A stretch of DNA of 64,000 bases from NCBI GenBank assembly GCA_963729955.1, contig CAVSQA010000019.1, forward strand, positions 69,385-133,384, in the 5' to 3' direction. Shown here one piece after another: positions 61,670-64,000 of the stretch. The notes beneath the pieces are model-generated. The model was not told the DNA's origin. It ran no database searches and saw nothing but the letters and a program-made list of their open reading frames with translations. The translations under genes and the position numbers were made by a program. This stretch comes from an uncultured Gemmatimonadales bacterium. GTDB lineage: Bacteria > Gemmatimonadota > Gemmatimonadetes > Gemmatimonadales > JACORV01. Position 1 is the first letter of the stretch; each line of letters begins with the position of its first letter.

Positions 61670-62384
61670 GCGCGCCCTCGTCATCATCCCGACCTTCAAC
61701 GAGCGGGAGAACCTCCCCAAGATCGTCCCCCTGGTGCTGCAGCAGGACCCTCGACTCGAGGTCCTGGTCGTGGACGACAACTCGCCCGACGGCACGGGCG
61801 AGCTGGCCGACGCCCTGGCATCGGCCGAGCCGCGCGTGCACGTGCTGCACCGATCGGGGAAGCTCGGGCTCGGCACGGCCTACGTGGCCGGCTTCCGGTG
61901 GGCCCTGGAGAAGGGGTTCGATTACGCGTTCGAGATGGATGCCGACTTCTCGCACGACCCGCGGCATCTGCCCACGTTCCTCGCCGAGATCGCGGACGCG
62001 GACGTCGTCATCGGATCCCGCTACCTCAATCGGCGCGTCACCGTCATCAATTGGCCGATGAACCGGCTGATGCTGTCGTACTTCGCCAACGTCTACGCGC
62101 GCTGGGTGACGGGGTTGATGCTGTGGGACTCGACCGGGGGCTACAAGTGCTACCGGCGCGCCGTGCTGGCGGCCATCGACCTCGACCGGGTGCGCTCCAA
62201 CGGCTATTCCTTCCAGATCGAGATGTCGTTCCGCGCGTGGCGCAAGGGCTTCCGCATCAAGGAAATCACCATCACGTTCAGTGACCGGAGCGAGGGCCGC
62301 AGCAAGATGTCGGGTGCGATCGTACGCGAGGCGGTGTGGATGGTATGGCGACTGCGCTGGTGGGCGCTGGTGGGGCGGATATGA
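61662..62384 (+). CDS. Polyprenol monophosphomannose synthase-like GT2 (Dpm1/Ppm1 type)
   Basis: IIPTFNERENL, VDDNSPDGTG, GKLGLGTAY, EMDADFSHDP, GYSFQIEM, SKMS. Confidence 0.88.
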   Translation: MAERALVIIPTFNERENLPKIVPLVLQQDPRLEVLVVDDNSPDGTGELADALASAEPRVHVLHRSGKLGLGTAYVAGFRWALEKGFDYAFEMDADFSHDPRHLPTFLAEIADADVVIGSRYLNRRVTVINWPMNRLMLSYFANVYARWVTGLMLWDSTGGYKCYRRAVLAAIDLDRVRSNGYSFQIEMSFRAWRKGFRIKEITITFSDRSEGRSKMSGAIVREAVWMVWRLRWWALVGRI

Positions 62385-63232
62385 AGCCGGGCACCATCTT
62401 CTACAAGATGACGGGTTCCGGCAACGACTTCGTCATGTTCGACGGCCGGCACGTCCAGGCCGAGGAGCTGACGCCGGCGGCCATCGCGGCCGTGTGCGAC
62501 CGGCGGCTCGGCATCGGCGCCGACGGCGTGGGGCTGCTCGAGCCGACGTCCGCCGACGGAGTCCACTTCGCCTTCCGGTTCTGGAACCGCGACGGATCGG
62601 TCGGCCCGATGTGCGGGAACGGGGCGCTGTGCGCCACCCGACTCGCCGTCATCCTCGAATTCGCGAAGCCCGACGCCGAGGTGCGGTTCTCAACGCTGGC
62701 AGGGATCCATCGGGGCAGGGTGTTGAACGACCGGGCCGAGATCCTCCTCCCCGACTGCCCGGTCCCCCAGCCGGCACCCAAGATCCGCTCCGGCCCGGAC
62801 GAGGAGCGTCCGACCGTCGTGCGACCCTCCGTCCCGCACCTCGTTCTCACCGTGGCGGACGTGGACAAGGTCGCTGTCGCCGACCGGGGCCCAACGCTCC
62901 GCAGGGATCCGGCCCTCGGCGACGAGGGCGCCAACGTGAACTGGGTGTCCCCGAAGGGGGACGGCAGTTGGCGGATACGGACCTTCGAGCGCGGGGTCGA
63001 GGGCGAGACGCTGGCCTGCGGCACCGGGGCCGTCGCTTCCGCACTCACCCTGGCCACGCACGGCCGGAGCGGCTCACCGGTCAGGCTCTGGACCAGGTCG
63101 GGACTCCCGCTCGACGTCTCCTTCACGAGCGACGGCTCGACCGCCACGGCCATACGCCTGCGGGGTGAGGGCCGACTGGTCTTCCGCGGCATCGTCACGT
63201 CGCTGCTAACCACCGATCCAGCAACTGATTAG
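62381..63232 (+). CDS. dapF: Diaminopimelate epimerase
   Basis: KMTGSGNDF, GIGADG, MCGNG, ERGVEGETLACGTG. Confidence 0.95.
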   Translation: MKPGTIFYKMTGSGNDFVMFDGRHVQAEELTPAAIAAVCDRRLGIGADGVGLLEPTSADGVHFAFRFWNRDGSVGPMCGNGALCATRLAVILEFAKPDAEVRFSTLAGIHRGRVLNDRAEILLPDCPVPQPAPKIRSGPDEERPTVVRPSVPHLVLTVADVDKVAVADRGPTLRRDPALGDEGANVNWVSPKGDGSWRIRTFERGVEGETLACGTGAVASALTLATHGRSGSPVRLWTRSGLPLDVSFTSDGSTATAIRLRGEGRLVFRGIVTSLLTTDPATD

Positions 63233-63271
63233 CGGTATAGCCCACGGATATCCACAGTTACAAACAATTCA

Positions 63272-63299
63272 ACTTAACATAACATCTATTATACGAAGT
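63272..63299 (-). other. dif-like XerC/XerD recombination site
   Basis: Minus strand reads ACTTCGTATAA-TAGATG-TTATGTTAAGT, an 11-6-11 layout; the right arm differs by one base from the E. coli XerD arm TTATGTTAAAT. Confidence 0.85.
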
Positions 63300-63475
63300 C
63301 GAATTGGCGCGACAGTGGCGCAGTGATGCAGGCCGTTCTGCGTCTCCAGGAGCCAAGAAGTCGGCTCCGAGTCGAGGCTGCACGCCGTCCCCGGCCAAGC
63401 CACGGCTTGGCTCGCTGACACGTTTGGGCGGCACCGGCGCCCGTGATGCGGCTTACCGTTGGGAGGACCTCAAGC

Positions 63476-63484
63476 TGTGGATAA
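63476..63484 (-). promoter_or_regulatory. Perfect DnaA-box consensus (TTATCCACA on the minus strand)
   Basis: TGTGGATAA on the + strand; a 1-mismatch box ATATCCACA lies at 63248-63256. Confidence 0.4.
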
Positions 63485-63753
63485 TCGGGATAGTGGCAAC
63501 TGCATTGGATCAAGGGGTTTGGCGGCTCGAGGGCCCGAACCGTTGTCGAGCCTGGCAGGTACCAAGGAGAGCTCAAGCATCACTTGAGGGCGCGGCGAAC
63601 GGCCGGCTCAGGGGGTGCCAATCTGCAGCCTCGCAGACGGGGCCGGCGCCGGGTGAGGCTGAGCCCCGGAACCCTCTCGGAGCCACGCATTGTCCGTCCG
63701 AGTATCCGTGCTCAGATTCCGCAGATTGTCGTCCGGGTCCTCTTCAGGAGCTG

Positions 63754-64000
63754 ATGATGCGAAAGGCGATGTTGTCGGCCGTGCTGCTCGCGGCGGTGTC
63801 CACTGCCCCAGTCACCCTGGCCGCTCAGGGCCCCGCGGCCGCCGATACGGCGCTGGCCGCGCGCGTCGACTCGATCGCCCGGCAGGTCCTGGCTGCCACG
63901 GGAGTGCCGAGCGCGACGGTCGCCGTGGTGCGCGACGGCAAGCTCGCCTACGCCCAGGCGTACGGCGACGCGCGGCTCGAGCCGAAGGTCCCCGCCCTGC
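63754..64000 (+). CDS. Serine hydrolase / beta-lactamase (AmpC-like) family protein, 5' part (partial)
   Basis: AGGAG RBS, signal peptide, then VDSIARQVLAATGVPSATVAVVRDGKLAYAQAYG. Confidence 0.8.
   Translation, partial: MMRKAMLSAVLLAAVSTAPVTLAAQGPAAADTALAARVDSIARQVLAATGVPSATVAVVRDGKLAYAQAYGDARLEPKVPAL

Noticed and set aside
63272..63299. loxP-like site (contains ACTTCGTATA, as in the loxP arm) indicating an engineered construct
   Set aside because: Only one arm resembles loxP. The 11-6-11 layout and the TTATGTTAA arm fit a natural dif site, and no vector sequence was recognised.
63289..63576. 95-aa minus-strand ORF in the dif region
   Set aside because: No recognisable motif, atypical codon usage, and its stop lies inside the dif site

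Overview
This is a very GC-rich bacterial core-genome segment. Gene order and protein style suggest Gemmatimonadota / FCB group, which is an inference and not a database result. Almost everything from 10.7 kb onward is on the + strand. In order the window holds: the 3' end of an HU/IHF gene, an outer-membrane beta-barrel, an M61 peptidase, moaD/moaE, trmL and mdh; sdhCAB (- strand); yciI-like and GroES-like genes; dcd (-); a full nuoA-N operon; phosphomannomutase and a UPF0182 protein; carbamate kinase-sucCD-(EIIA+CBS fusion)-ndk; yceD-rpmF-plsX-fabHDG-acpP-fabF; futalosine genes mqnE/A/C; purE, ispF, dedA, xerD and trpG/pabA; kdsB-pyrG-kdsA-kdsC-kdsD-lptC-lptA-like-lptB-rpoN; a six-gene glycosylation locus; dapF; a 28-bp dif-like Xer site flanked by DnaA-box-like motifs; and the start of a serine hydrolase. 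Many essential genes carry single-base frameshifts, best explained as read or assembly errors. No rRNA, tRNA, CRISPR array or transposase was recognised. The most interesting leads are: the dif site adjacent to DnaA boxes; a polyprenol-P-sugar/GT-C locus next to an LptA-like protein packed with D-S/T motifs; the EIIA-CBS fusion inside a phosphohistidine-enzyme operon; an LptB with an unexplained N-terminal domain; and repeat-built hairpins at all three convergent gene junctions. Start codons of several genes are approximate.
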